Source of the DNA: a virus
Taxonomy: Duplodnaviria; Caudoviricetes
Virus record (IMG/VR): IMGVR_UViG_3300005527_000074
Span: 1-52,618 of that record
Strand: one strand, 5' to 3'
DNA length: 52,618 bases
The position numbers and the translations under genes are program-made. A model generated the notes under the pieces. The model was not told the origin of the DNA and ran no database searches. It saw only the letters and a list, made by a program, of their open reading frames with translations. Positions 19,784-28,829 of the stretch are shown piece by piece. Position 1 is the stretch's first letter; every line of letters starts with the position of its first letter.

Positions 19784-20977
19784 ATGGCCAACGGTGGCGG
19801 CCCATTTGGTATTGGCAACCAGATACTCAAGGGCTTTATTGGCAATGATACCTTGCGTGATTACACTCACGCAAGTAAAACTTTTACCAGCAACAGTTAT
19901 GAACTCAAGCCTAGGTACAAGTTTTTATATCATGTCAGCTTTACTATCAACACCAATGAAATTCCTTATCTCCGTGGGGTGTTTGGTAATAATGAAAGTG
20001 CTAAATTAAGTCTATTGGTCAAAACCATAGACCTTCCAAAGTTTCAAATTGCAACGGAAACACTTAACCAGTACAACCGCAAACGCATTATTCAGAAGAA
20101 AATTGATTACCAACCTGTGAACCTGGTGTTCCATGATGATGGCGGCGACAATGCCCGACGTCTTTGGTACTACTACTATTCCTACTACTACAAAGATCCC
20201 ACACAACAATACTTGGCGCCAAACAACACCAACGGCAGTGTGGGTGCTAGTCAAAACCGCCAGGCTGGATTTGGATACAACACTAGAGATATCTACAGTG
20301 ATGTGATGCAAGTCAAGGACTGGGGTTACAGTGGCGAGGCCTGGCAAGATGGTACCCCGGGTGCTGGTGCAAACAACACCGGCGGCAAGCCTCCATTTTT
20401 TAGTGACATTAGAATATATGGTCTTGACCAACGCAAGTTTGCAGAGTATGTGTTGATCAATCCAGTCATACAGTCTTGGAGCCATGATACCTATGATTAC
20501 TCACAAGGTGGTGGCACCATGCAACACTCTGTGACCATTGCTTACGAAACTGTGAAGTATTACTCAGGTGCAGTGGGAGCATCTAGACCTGACACCAACG
20601 TTGAAGGATTTGCAGATCCATCACATTACGACACCACATTGAGTCCTATTTCAAGACCAGGTGGCAACTCAACTATTTTTGGCCAAGGCGGCTTGCTGGA
20701 GGCTGGTGTTGGTATTTTGGGTGATTTGCAAAGTGGCGGCCCTGGCGGTTTAATTGGTGCAGCGCAAAAGGCCATGAGAGTGGCCAACACATTCAAAGGC
20801 AAAAATCTTGCCAGCCTGGCCAAGAACGAAGCTTTGTCTTTGGGCGTTAACCAAATTATACAAGCCATACCTGGCGCCACTAGGCAAGTTATGAATCGAG
20901 CTGGTGGTGTGTTTATACCCACGCCACAGAAAACTCCGCAATCAGCATCGCCTCCGTTTAATCCTAACGAACCATGA
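19784..20977 (+). CDS. Tube-fold baseplate / tube-initiator protein (gp54/gp48-like)
   Basis: Tube-like motifs IDLPKF, YQPVNLVFHDD, LINPVI, VTIAYE; follows the tube gene. Confidence 0.55.
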   Translation: MANGGGPFGIGNQILKGFIGNDTLRDYTHASKTFTSNSYELKPRYKFLYHVSFTINTNEIPYLRGVFGNNESAKLSLLVKTIDLPKFQIATETLNQYNRKRIIQKKIDYQPVNLVFHDDGGDNARRLWYYYYSYYYKDPTQQYLAPNNTNGSVGASQNRQAGFGYNTRDIYSDVMQVKDWGYSGEAWQDGTPGAGANNTGGKPPFFSDIRIYGLDQRKFAEYVLINPVIQSWSHDTYDYSQGGGTMQHSVTIAYETVKYYSGAVGASRPDTNVEGFADPSHYDTTLSPISRPGGNSTIFGQGGLLEAGVGILGDLQSGGPGGLIGAAQKAMRVANTFKGKNLASLAKNEALSLGVNQIIQAIPGATRQVMNRAGGVFIPTPQKTPQSASPPFNPNEP

Positions 20978-21333
20978 GCACAGTAAACTACGCTAATACA
21001 AACATTGATCAAACTGTGAGAATTTTTGATCAATTCTATGAATATGATGTCAATGTACCTGCAGCCGAGTATGACATTGTAAACAGTTATTTCCGCAGTG
21101 TGATGACCACCACACAAGCAGCTGGCAACTTTACTGTGAGTTTGTTTAGAGTTGCTGAAGACACTGGAATACCTCCACTGTCTTTACTGAAAGAGTTCCA
21201 AGGTACTTCAGGGCTAAACTTAAACGTCAAGTTGGCTTACTATCTAAATCAAATTCGCAGTAGAGCCACATTGTTGGGAGTGGGCATATCAGTCACACCC
21301 AATGCCTATGCTGCTAGAAACATATTGCAATGA
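20974..21333 (+). CDS. Hypothetical (probably structural) protein
   Basis: ATGA-coupled to neighbours on both sides. Confidence 0.65.
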   Translation: MSTVNYANTNIDQTVRIFDQFYEYDVNVPAAEYDIVNSYFRSVMTTTQAAGNFTVSLFRVAEDTGIPPLSLLKEFQGTSGLNLNVKLAYYLNQIRSRATLLGVGISVTPNAYAARNILQ

Positions 21334-21761
21334 GCAAATGGGCACAGGGTTTTTATCAAATCATTAACTCAGAAAAGTACGTAGGCAACGGCGTACCCCG
21401 TTATCGCTCAGGGTGGGAACACAGCTTCATGCGTTTTTGCGATACCAATGACCACATTTTGCAGTGGGCCAGCGAAGCAGTACAAATACCCTACAGACAT
21501 CCACTAACTGGCAAGCAAACAATTTACGTGCCAGACTTTCTCATTACCTATCGCACTCGGGGCAACACAGTCAAAGCAGAGTTGATTGAAATCAAGCCCA
21601 AAAAACAAAGTGTGTTGGAAAGCAAAATGAACAGCCGAGATCGAGCTGTGGTTGCCATCAACTATGCCAAATGGGACGCTGCCATGAAGTGGTGTCGCCG
21701 TCAAGGACTCACATTCAGAGTCATAACCGAAAACGATATGTTTCACAATGGCCGTGCGTAA
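21330..21761 (+). CDS. gp4: Head completion nuclease gp4-like
   Basis: YRSGWE..FM.FCD, WASE, YVPDF, IEIKP, NYAKW.AA, FRVITE. Confidence 0.9.
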   Translation: MSKWAQGFYQIINSEKYVGNGVPRYRSGWEHSFMRFCDTNDHILQWASEAVQIPYRHPLTGKQTIYVPDFLITYRTRGNTVKAELIEIKPKKQSVLESKMNSRDRAVVAINYAKWDAAMKWCRRQGLTFRVITENDMFHNGRA

Positions 21762-21778
21762 TACCATAAATATGGTAT
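21761..21778 (+). promoter_or_regulatory. Late-type promoter TAAATA (21767-21772) inside a 7-bp inverted repeat
   Basis: ataccat-aaat-atggtat; ATG at 21777. Confidence 0.7.
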
Positions 21779-22262
21779 GACCCGCAAACTAGAAGAGCTG
21801 TTTGACTTACCTCCAACTGAACAAGAAATAGATGCTGCTGTGCCTGAATTGGCCAGCAACAGAGATACCATTGTGGCCCTTGATCAAGCCATAGACAAAA
21901 TTGATTCAGCACTGCCTGCTGTGCGTGGCCTAGACGCCACTGACTCAGAAATGGATGAACTAGCTGACTTGGCCAAAGGCAGCTACAAGGATCTCATGGA
22001 TCTTGGCATGCAGGTAGACAGCAGATTTGCTAGCGAAATATTTGGCGTGGCATCAAACATGCTAGGGCATGCAATTACAGCCAAAACAGCCAAGTTAGAC
22101 AAAAAACTCAAGATGATTGATCTACAACTGAAAAAAGCCAGGCTAGATCAATCACAACCTGATGAAAAACCCACACAGCCTGGCACAGGACATGTGTTGA
22201 GTCGTAACGAACTGTTGGAACGTATTATTGGTGCTAACAACCAAAAAGCGCAAAAAGAATAA
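21777..22262 (+). CDS. gp16: Probable terminase small subunit
   Basis: Helical ~160 aa protein with an SRFASEIF..A..ML helix and C-terminal SRNELL; lies after gp4 and upstream of gp17. Confidence 0.5.
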   Translation: MTRKLEELFDLPPTEQEIDAAVPELASNRDTIVALDQAIDKIDSALPAVRGLDATDSEMDELADLAKGSYKDLMDLGMQVDSRFASEIFGVASNMLGHAITAKTAKLDKKLKMIDLQLKKARLDQSQPDEKPTQPGTGHVLSRNELLERIIGANNQKAQKE

Positions 22263-22265
22263 ATA
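22260..22265 (+). promoter_or_regulatory. Late-type promoter TAAATA
   Basis: Overlaps the upstream stop codon; AGGA RBS follows. Confidence 0.6.
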
Positions 22266-22282
22266 TTGAACAGGAACCTGAC

Positions 22283-22891
22283 ATGAAACCATTTGCCAAA
22301 TATCTAGCAGAAAGCGAGCGCACATACGATTATCGTATCAAGATGTGCGGTCGCATTCCAGATGGCCTTGTACGTGAACTCAAACAAAAGTTGAATCAAT
22401 TTGATCCAGCCAAGTTGGGCGATGCCAAGACCACACCCATACAAAAAATTCTCACAGACTTTCCGAACAATCAGAATGATGCTGTGACAATGTTTGATGT
22501 GAGTTTTAAATATCCTGCTATTGAACCGCAGATCAAACAGTTGTTTCAAATGCTAGGTGGTGATCCCAATCTTATCGTCATGCAAACGCAAGCTCATGTT
22601 GATGGCTTGGTTGACGAAGCAGACAAGATTGAATCTGAAAACAAAGACCTGTTAGCAGACACAGACTACCCAGCACCTGATGCTGCTCAGCGAGCACTGA
22701 AAAAAGACTACTCAACTGGTCCGTATGATCATGCTGTGTTGAAAAATGCTTACCGTAGTGATTTTACCATTGCTGGAGAAAAGACTCCCCCTGCTAAAAC
22801 TACAAATGAGATTCCCCAGGGCAACAAGAGCCCCATGACCAACATCAAGCGTCAACCCAAGCCTGCTACCGGCGCCAACCCAAGAGGATAA
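22283..22891 (+). CDS. Putative internal head protein
   Basis: N-terminus MKPFAKYLAE resembles the T4 capsid-targeting sequence (MKTYQEFIAE type). Confidence 0.6.
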   Translation: MKPFAKYLAESERTYDYRIKMCGRIPDGLVRELKQKLNQFDPAKLGDAKTTPIQKILTDFPNNQNDAVTMFDVSFKYPAIEPQIKQLFQMLGGDPNLIVMQTQAHVDGLVDEADKIESENKDLLADTDYPAPDAAQRALKKDYSTGPYDHAVLKNAYRSDFTIAGEKTPPAKTTNEIPQGNKSPMTNIKRQPKPATGANPRG

Positions 22892-22896
22892 TTGAA

Positions 22897-25041
22897 ATGA
22901 CATTTTTTTACAACTTAAACAAAAAGCTGGACGAGATCCGCGCCACTCCTGAACTCACTCACAAGCAGTTAAATGAACGTGACATGAGCCGTGCGGCCAA
23001 AGGCTATGAAAAGTACGGCAAAGAAGGTATGGAAGCCTTGGCCAAAGCTGGCCGTGAAGGCAAAGCATTAGACCCAATTCGCAACAAGTACGACAAGTAT
23101 GACAACAAAGAAGTAGACGAAGGCATGGGCGACATGATGGCAACTGCTGGTGCTAAGTTAAAAGGTTTAAAAGCCAACATTACCAAGAATCCTGCTGATC
23201 GACAATCTGCGGTTGATGCTCACAGAGGGATCATGAAGAAAGAACTTTCAAAAGTTAAGCCTGGCGACCGTCCTGAACTTGGAGGCCCGTCAGAGCGTTA
23301 TCGTAATGCACAGCACAGTATGGCTACGCATAAAATTGGTCTAGATAACAACATGGAAGAAGGCATGAGAGACATGGCCAAGAAAGTTGGCGGTATGGCC
23401 AAGAAAGTTGGCGGCGCTGTGTTGAACAAACTGGGCCACGGCGACGATGCTGACATGATGCGTGACTTGCAACGCAAGATGGGTGTGCCACAAACTGGTA
23501 TGAAGCCAGGCGCCGAACCCAATCCCAAGCAAGTTAAAGAAAAAATGTCACCAACTAAGGCCAAAAGTTTTGCTGCACTTGCTGAGCCCAAAGACAAAAT
23601 TACTTTTGCTGACAAGATTGCTGGTGCCAAAAAAGAAGTTGACGAAATGCTAGGCGATGTAGCCGCAGAAGCCATGAAGGGCGCACTGCGTGGCGGTCAA
23701 AAGAAATTGGACAAAAATCACAACGGCAAACTAGACGCTAACGACTTTGCTATGTTGCGCAAAGGCGGCAAACAAGAAACTGACGAAGGCTGGGATGACA
23801 TGCTTAAAGACGTCGATCGTCGACGTGGGCAAATGAAAACTGGCGAAAAGATCAAAGGTCACAAAGGCGAAATTGAAAAGACTGCCACTGGCATTCGTCA
23901 CACACGTAGCTATGATTCCAAAACTGGTGAAACTGACACTGGTGATGATACTCCAGCATCAGGAGAAAAACGCGGTCGTGGTCGTCCCAAGAAAGCTAGC
24001 GGACCATCACAAGAACGTGTGACTGCAAAATCTCGCAAATCAGATCGTACCACATGGCAAAAGAAAACCAACGAAAGTGACAACGAAAGCGACGACGTCA
24101 AACAGGCCATGGCCGTGTTGAAAAAAGCCGGCTATAAAGTTAGCAAAGCAGCCGCAGGTGCTGAAGAGCTTGACGAAAAAGCAGTAAGCAAAGCACAACA
24201 ACGTTTTATGGGCATGGTGCATGCCACACAAAAAGGTGAAAAAGCTCCCAGCAAAGAAGTTGGCAAAGTTGCCAAGACCATGAAGAAAAAAGATGCTGAA
24301 GATTTTGCAAGTACCAAACACAAAGGTTTGCCAGAGAAGAAAAAATCTGAAGCCAAGAAAGAAAAAACCGAAGAGTCTAGCACCACAGCAGGTTCTGTAG
24401 CACCTGCCACTTCTGGTGGCAGCAAAGGTGGATTTAGTTTTGGCAAAGGCATTTATGATTCAATCAATCGTGATCTTGAGGCCATGATTGCCGAAAGCAT
24501 GAGCGTGAACATGAGTGACTCCACAGAAGGTGGCAAGAGCCTGACCATCACAGCGTCTGACGAAGATGCACTTAAATTAGGCATGCTGTTGAAAAACGCA
24601 GGTCTTGGCGGTGGCGATGACGAAGGCAGCTACATGGGCAGTAAAGTTTCTTGCCCAACCTGTGGCAGCGGCGATTGCGGCTGTGGTGACATTGAAAAAG
24701 AGATTGATGAAAACGCACCAGACTGGCCCACAGACAAAGAAGGTACAGAAGATTCTATGATGTATAGTGGTGGATTGAACGGGCCCAAGTCAACTGGTCA
24801 GACCACTGTGCCTGTGATTGCTAGCCAGGAAGAACGTCAACACACATACGAAGAAGATGAACTGGCACGTTTGCGTGAAATGGCCGGTATCAAAGAAGGC
24901 AAAAAGCCAGACTTCTTGGACATGGACAAAGATGGCGACAAAAAAGAGCCCATGAAGAAAGCTGTCAAAGACAAAGAAGACAAAAAAGTTGAAGAAAGCA
25001 TTCTTGACTTGAGTCATCTTTGGACAGCCTACAAGGGGTAA
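22897..25041 (+). CDS. Putative internal head polyprotein (714 aa, K/E/G-rich, modular)
   Basis: About 13 hydrophobic/T-x-E sites separate short modules: AT-hook, EF-hand-like loops, DUF3008-like segment, Cys knuckle. Confidence 0.6.
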   Translation: MTFFYNLNKKLDEIRATPELTHKQLNERDMSRAAKGYEKYGKEGMEALAKAGREGKALDPIRNKYDKYDNKEVDEGMGDMMATAGAKLKGLKANITKNPADRQSAVDAHRGIMKKELSKVKPGDRPELGGPSERYRNAQHSMATHKIGLDNNMEEGMRDMAKKVGGMAKKVGGAVLNKLGHGDDADMMRDLQRKMGVPQTGMKPGAEPNPKQVKEKMSPTKAKSFAALAEPKDKITFADKIAGAKKEVDEMLGDVAAEAMKGALRGGQKKLDKNHNGKLDANDFAMLRKGGKQETDEGWDDMLKDVDRRRGQMKTGEKIKGHKGEIEKTATGIRHTRSYDSKTGETDTGDDTPASGEKRGRGRPKKASGPSQERVTAKSRKSDRTTWQKKTNESDNESDDVKQAMAVLKKAGYKVSKAAAGAEELDEKAVSKAQQRFMGMVHATQKGEKAPSKEVGKVAKTMKKKDAEDFASTKHKGLPEKKKSEAKKEKTEESSTTAGSVAPATSGGSKGGFSFGKGIYDSINRDLEAMIAESMSVNMSDSTEGGKSLTITASDEDALKLGMLLKNAGLGGGDDEGSYMGSKVSCPTCGSGDCGCGDIEKEIDENAPDWPTDKEGTEDSMMYSGGLNGPKSTGQTTVPVIASQEERQHTYEEDELARLREMAGIKEGKKPDFLDMDKDGDKKEPMKKAVKDKEDKKVEESILDLSHLWTAYKG
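23374..23415 (+). repeat. 21-nt tandem duplication (MAKKVGG x2)
   Basis: atggccaagaaagttggcgg(t/c) twice in tandem. Confidence 0.95.
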
Positions 25042-25044
25042 ACT

Positions 25045-25215
25045 ATGACATACAAACCTTACAATGAAAATTTAAACACACCCACCCAGCAGAATCCTCA
25101 CAGTCCTGCTACCAGTGGGTACAAGCAACAACCAGTGGAAATTCCTGGAGTGTTGCATCAAACACGTGAGTTGTTTCAACCTGTGGTGATTCAACCCAAT
25201 CAGGATAGCAAATAA
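25045..25215 (+). CDS. Small hypothetical protein (56 aa, not in ORF track)
   Basis: AAGGGG RBS, MTYKPYNENLNT...QDSK, TAATG overlap with the next gene; fills the gap exactly. Confidence 0.7.
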   Translation: MTYKPYNENLNTPTQQNPHSPATSGYKQQPVEIPGVLHQTRELFQPVVIQPNQDSK

Positions 25216-25505
25216 TGGCCAATGTATACACATCACTGAGCAATGCCACAGTGTACACTGACAAGTTAGAAATTACCACTAACGCAGCCAATGCCTGGGT
25301 GCAAGTGTATGCAGTTGCATTGGGCACAGCCGCCGCAGTTGGTAACTTGTATAATGTGCCATTTAATATTCCAGCTAACACTGTATACCAGCTGTATGCG
25401 GGATCAGGTAACAAAGTCACTGTTGTGTGCTCAGGAACATTCACTGCACTTGAGCTTGGAACAGCCAGTTCAGCCACATCTGGAGTGATTGGTGGCGGCA
25501 GCTGA
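25215..25505 (+). CDS. Small beta-rich virion protein
   Basis: Translationally coupled within the late operon. Confidence 0.6.
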   Translation: MANVYTSLSNATVYTDKLEITTNAANAWVQVYAVALGTAAAVGNLYNVPFNIPANTVYQLYAGSGNKVTVVCSGTFTALELGTASSATSGVIGGGS

Positions 25506-25507
25506 TC

Positions 25508-25882
25508 ATGCGAGCTCGCGAATTTTTGGCAGAGAAAAAAGTTGGCGATATCAGCAATCGTCTGCGATATGCCACTCGCGGCTTGCATAAATTTCGCGAT
25601 GGTCAGTTTGCTGACCGTATCTATGAACTCAATCGTATCATGATGGCTGTGGCCAGCAATGATGGTCAAGAATTTGTAAATGAAATTGATGCCGAAAGCT
25701 GGGCTGGTAGAAACGATGTGGCAGCACCTTACACTCAAGAAGAAGCTGACATGTTGAAGTTGGCTTACAAAGCCGTGGGTAGCAAACACCATGATCTCAA
25801 CCATGGTGACATGCGCAGCCAAGAACATCCTGCTGTAAATGTTGCCAGTCCCATGCAAGCATTCAAAGGGTATCCGCGATGA
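25508..25882 (+). CDS. Putative internal protein, paralog A
   Basis: MRAREFLAE N-terminus; ends SPMQAFKGYPR. Confidence 0.7.
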   Translation: MRAREFLAEKKVGDISNRLRYATRGLHKFRDGQFADRIYELNRIMMAVASNDGQEFVNEIDAESWAGRNDVAAPYTQEEADMLKLAYKAVGSKHHDLNHGDMRSQEHPAVNVASPMQAFKGYPR

Positions 25883-26268
25883 GAGCTCGTGAATTCATTG
25901 CTGAACAAGCAGCTATTTTGCCATCAGAGCAAGCAGACCCTATGCGTTACACTTATGTAATCCCTGGACTCAGTGCCGCTGATCCCTATCGCAATTATAG
26001 ATTTGGTGTGGCCATTGCTCGAGCAAGAAGTGATCATGGAAAAGATGGTGTAAATGATCGTATGCCAGCCTGGCACGATGAAACAGCATTTGGCGAACAC
26101 GGTGTCATAGCCGGCATGGTACCCGGCGTCGACAAGGTAATTGACGCTGCATTAAAAATGACCAAAACCCCTGGCGGCAAACGACTAGTATCTACTCCCA
26201 CTAGTACAGAGCCAGACTTTGTAGACAAAACAAGCCCAATAAAAGCATTCAAAGGATATCCAAGATGA
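25879..26268 (+). CDS. Putative internal protein, paralog B
   Basis: MRAREFIAE N-terminus; ends SPIKAFKGYPR. Confidence 0.7.
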   Translation: MRAREFIAEQAAILPSEQADPMRYTYVIPGLSAADPYRNYRFGVAIARARSDHGKDGVNDRMPAWHDETAFGEHGVIAGMVPGVDKVIDAALKMTKTPGGKRLVSTPTSTEPDFVDKTSPIKAFKGYPR

Positions 26269-26621
26269 GAGCAGCAGAAATACTACGCCAAATGGCCGAC
26301 ATGATTGACGCAAAATCGCAACCACAGCAAGTAGCACATTCGCACAGCCCGCCTGGTAATTCAGATTTGGTTCCAGTGCCAACAGATGTATTCTTGCCAC
26401 CCTTGCAAGGCAAGTACGAGTTGCTGAAAAAAGCAGTAGGCGTTGAAAACGAATTTGACGAAAATGCTGCCAACATTGACAAAGATCCTGAAGCTTCAAA
26501 TCACAAAGTCACTCCCATGAGCACTGACGAAACTGATGCTTTAGAACGCATGAAAAAAGCTGCCGGAGTAAATGCATTTGTCACACACGAACTCAGCGAC
26601 GACGAACCGTTAGAAAATTAA
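26265..26621 (+). CDS. Putative internal protein
   Basis: MRAAEIL N-terminus; ELLKKAVGV and ALERMKKAAGV motifs shared with the larger head proteins. Confidence 0.6.
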   Translation: MRAAEILRQMADMIDAKSQPQQVAHSHSPPGNSDLVPVPTDVFLPPLQGKYELLKKAVGVENEFDENAANIDKDPEASNHKVTPMSTDETDALERMKKAAGVNAFVTHELSDDEPLEN

Positions 26622-26631
26622 GGAGTCTGCG

Positions 26632-28068
26632 ATGAGCTTTATCCAGAACCTTTTTACCAGCCGAGACAACAACGCCAACGCTGAGACCTATGTGGGTCAG
26701 CAAGATCGACTGTGGTGGAATCCTGATGTTAACGCATTTTACGTTAACACTGCTAATACGCCAGGCGGAACTCCTGTGAGTTTGGCCAACACTGCCAACA
26801 TTGTTTTAGATACAGCAACTATTACAGGCAATCTCACAGTGTTAGGCAACATATCCCCTGCTGCTAATAACAAAGTTGGCGGTATTGCACCTGGACCGGG
26901 TATTAACATTTCTAACATTGGTCTGCTCACAATTGACTCGGCTGGTCTGCCTGTTAGTTTTGGAGACTTTTATGCTAACGTAAATCAGTTGAGCATGGTC
27001 AATGAGAATGAAGCCATGTACTTGGTATCTAATGGTACAGGCAATATCAATCTCATTGGCGGTGTAAACTTCTACAAACCCAACGGATTTCCTCCATCTA
27101 CGGAACCTTTTTTTAGAGCCAAGAGTGACGGACAATTGAGAATTTTAGTGCCAGCCGAAGATCCCATTGAAGGTGGTATAGAAATCATTGGAAGTTCCAC
27201 AGGCAATTACATTGCCCCAGGCGCCTCTGGTGCCATGCTACAACTCACAGGAAATCCTGGGATACCGACTCGCTTTTATATAGACGGCAATGGTGAATAT
27301 TCCAGTATTGTAGGTCGTCGATACAACGGCAATGTTGCTGTGCCCACGCAGGTCCTAGCTGGACAAGATGTGTTACGAATCAACTCAACTGCGGCCACAA
27401 ATCTTGGCGGCGGCAACGTGGGCAACGTGGCCATGGCACAGATTCGTACCACAGCATTGGAAAATCAAACAGCCACAGCACAAGGTTCGTCAATCACGTT
27501 TACTGTCACAGCCATTGGATCGGCAGCAAGTGCCAGAGTAGATGTGGCCAATGTCACAGTGGCCAACGGCATCACAGCTACCAAATTTACCACTGCTGGC
27601 ACAGTATCAGCTACTGGTAACATCACTGGTGGTAACTTAACCACAGTGGGCATTACATCAACTGGATCATTGACTGCGTCAACCACAATCAGTGCTACAG
27701 GCAATATCACTGGTGGCAATGTAGCAGCCACCAACTACACTGGTTTGGTTACTCACTCAATTCGTAATGCAGGTGTTGTAACTGGCACCACGTTGACATT
27801 GAATGTTACCACAGACGACATTGTCAAATGCACTTTTTCTGATGCTTTTACAGTGGCATTCAGCAATATTGTTGCTGGCAGAGTAATTACACTTATTGCC
27901 ACCAATACCTCTGGTGCTGATACTGACATTATCACTGCAGGCATTAGCAGTGTAAACATGCAAGGTGATAATACACTTGTGGTTGCACAACAAAGCACAG
28001 CAGTAATTACCTACTACAGTCTTGACGGTGACACTGGTAACATCTATGCCTCAGCAGTTTACGCTTAA
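26632..28068 (+). CDS. Fibre-like virion protein with GNITGGN repeats
   Basis: AGGAG RBS; T/N/G-rich; two ATGNITGGN units like those in the first ORF. Confidence 0.65.
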   Translation: MSFIQNLFTSRDNNANAETYVGQQDRLWWNPDVNAFYVNTANTPGGTPVSLANTANIVLDTATITGNLTVLGNISPAANNKVGGIAPGPGINISNIGLLTIDSAGLPVSFGDFYANVNQLSMVNENEAMYLVSNGTGNINLIGGVNFYKPNGFPPSTEPFFRAKSDGQLRILVPAEDPIEGGIEIIGSSTGNYIAPGASGAMLQLTGNPGIPTRFYIDGNGEYSSIVGRRYNGNVAVPTQVLAGQDVLRINSTAATNLGGGNVGNVAMAQIRTTALENQTATAQGSSITFTVTAIGSAASARVDVANVTVANGITATKFTTAGTVSATGNITGGNLTTVGITSTGSLTASTTISATGNITGGNVAATNYTGLVTHSIRNAGVVTGTTLTLNVTTDDIVKCTFSDAFTVAFSNIVAGRVITLIATNTSGADTDIITAGISSVNMQGDNTLVVAQQSTAVITYYSLDGDTGNIYASAVYA

Positions 28069-28087
28069 AATTTTAAAGAACTAACCA

Positions 28088-28366
28088 ATGGCCAATACAC
28101 CACCACCCTACGCAGACATCACAGGCATCTCTCGTGCTGTGATGAAAGACAATGCACAAGTGACATTAGCAGGCTACAACGGTAATGCCAGACCTGGCGA
28201 ACTGGTAGTTGACCAAAGTACTGATCAGGTATACATTGGCAACAGTGCAGGCGCATTAACACAGATTGCTGCTGGTATCAGAAACGGTGGATCTAGCGGA
28301 TTGCCTGCAGGATTTTATCAAATGGCCTACAATCCTACCACGGGTGAAATTGTTTACTACACTTAA
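28088..28366 (+). CDS. Small virion/fibre-associated protein
   Basis: ARPGELVVD...VYIGN and YNPTTGEIVY motifs resemble fibre N-terminal modules. Confidence 0.55.
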   Translation: MANTPPPYADITGISRAVMKDNAQVTLAGYNGNARPGELVVDQSTDQVYIGNSAGALTQIAAGIRNGGSSGLPAGFYQMAYNPTTGEIVYYT

Positions 28367-28373
28367 TATCAAT

Positions 28374-28811
28374 ATGAAAAAACTCTTACTACTCTTGTTG
28401 ATCGTTCCTTGCTTGGCCGTTGCACAACCCAAACAACGACCTGGTGTGACCTATGACGCTGTGATCACTAGAGTCATAGACGGTGACACAGTGGCTTTTC
28501 AAGCACCCTTTCTACCAGCACCTCTCAAGCCCGAACTCTCAATCAGAGTTTTTGGTGTTGACACTCCTGAAAAAGGATTCCGCGCTCAGTGTGCTAGTGA
28601 AGCACAGCGTGGCGAAGCAGCCTCGGCCTTTACTAAAGCAGCCGTTGCTCAGGCGTCACAACGACAAGTAGTGCTCATGGACTGGGACAAGTATGGTGGC
28701 CGTGTGCTAGGAGATGTCTTGTTAAACGGACAAAGTCTACGTCAAATGCTTATTGCCAACGGGTTTGCCCGAGAATACTACGGCGAAGCTAAAACTTCTT
28801 GGTGCAACTAA
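28374..28811 (+). CDS. Thermonuclease (SNase-family) with signal peptide
   Basis: MKKLLLLLLIVPCLAVA signal; RVIDGDT, IRVFGVDTPE, DKYGGRVLG. Confidence 0.9.
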   Translation: MKKLLLLLLIVPCLAVAQPKQRPGVTYDAVITRVIDGDTVAFQAPFLPAPLKPELSIRVFGVDTPEKGFRAQCASEAQRGEAASAFTKAAVAQASQRQVVLMDWDKYGGRVLGDVLLNGQSLRQMLIANGFAREYYGEAKTSWCN

Positions 28812-28815
28812 AACG

Positions 28816-28829
28816 CCCGTAAATACGGG
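28816..28829 (+). promoter_or_regulatory. Late-type promoter TAAATA (28820-28825) inside a 5-bp inverted repeat
   Basis: cccgt-aaat-acggg immediately followed by ATG 28830. Confidence 0.65.
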
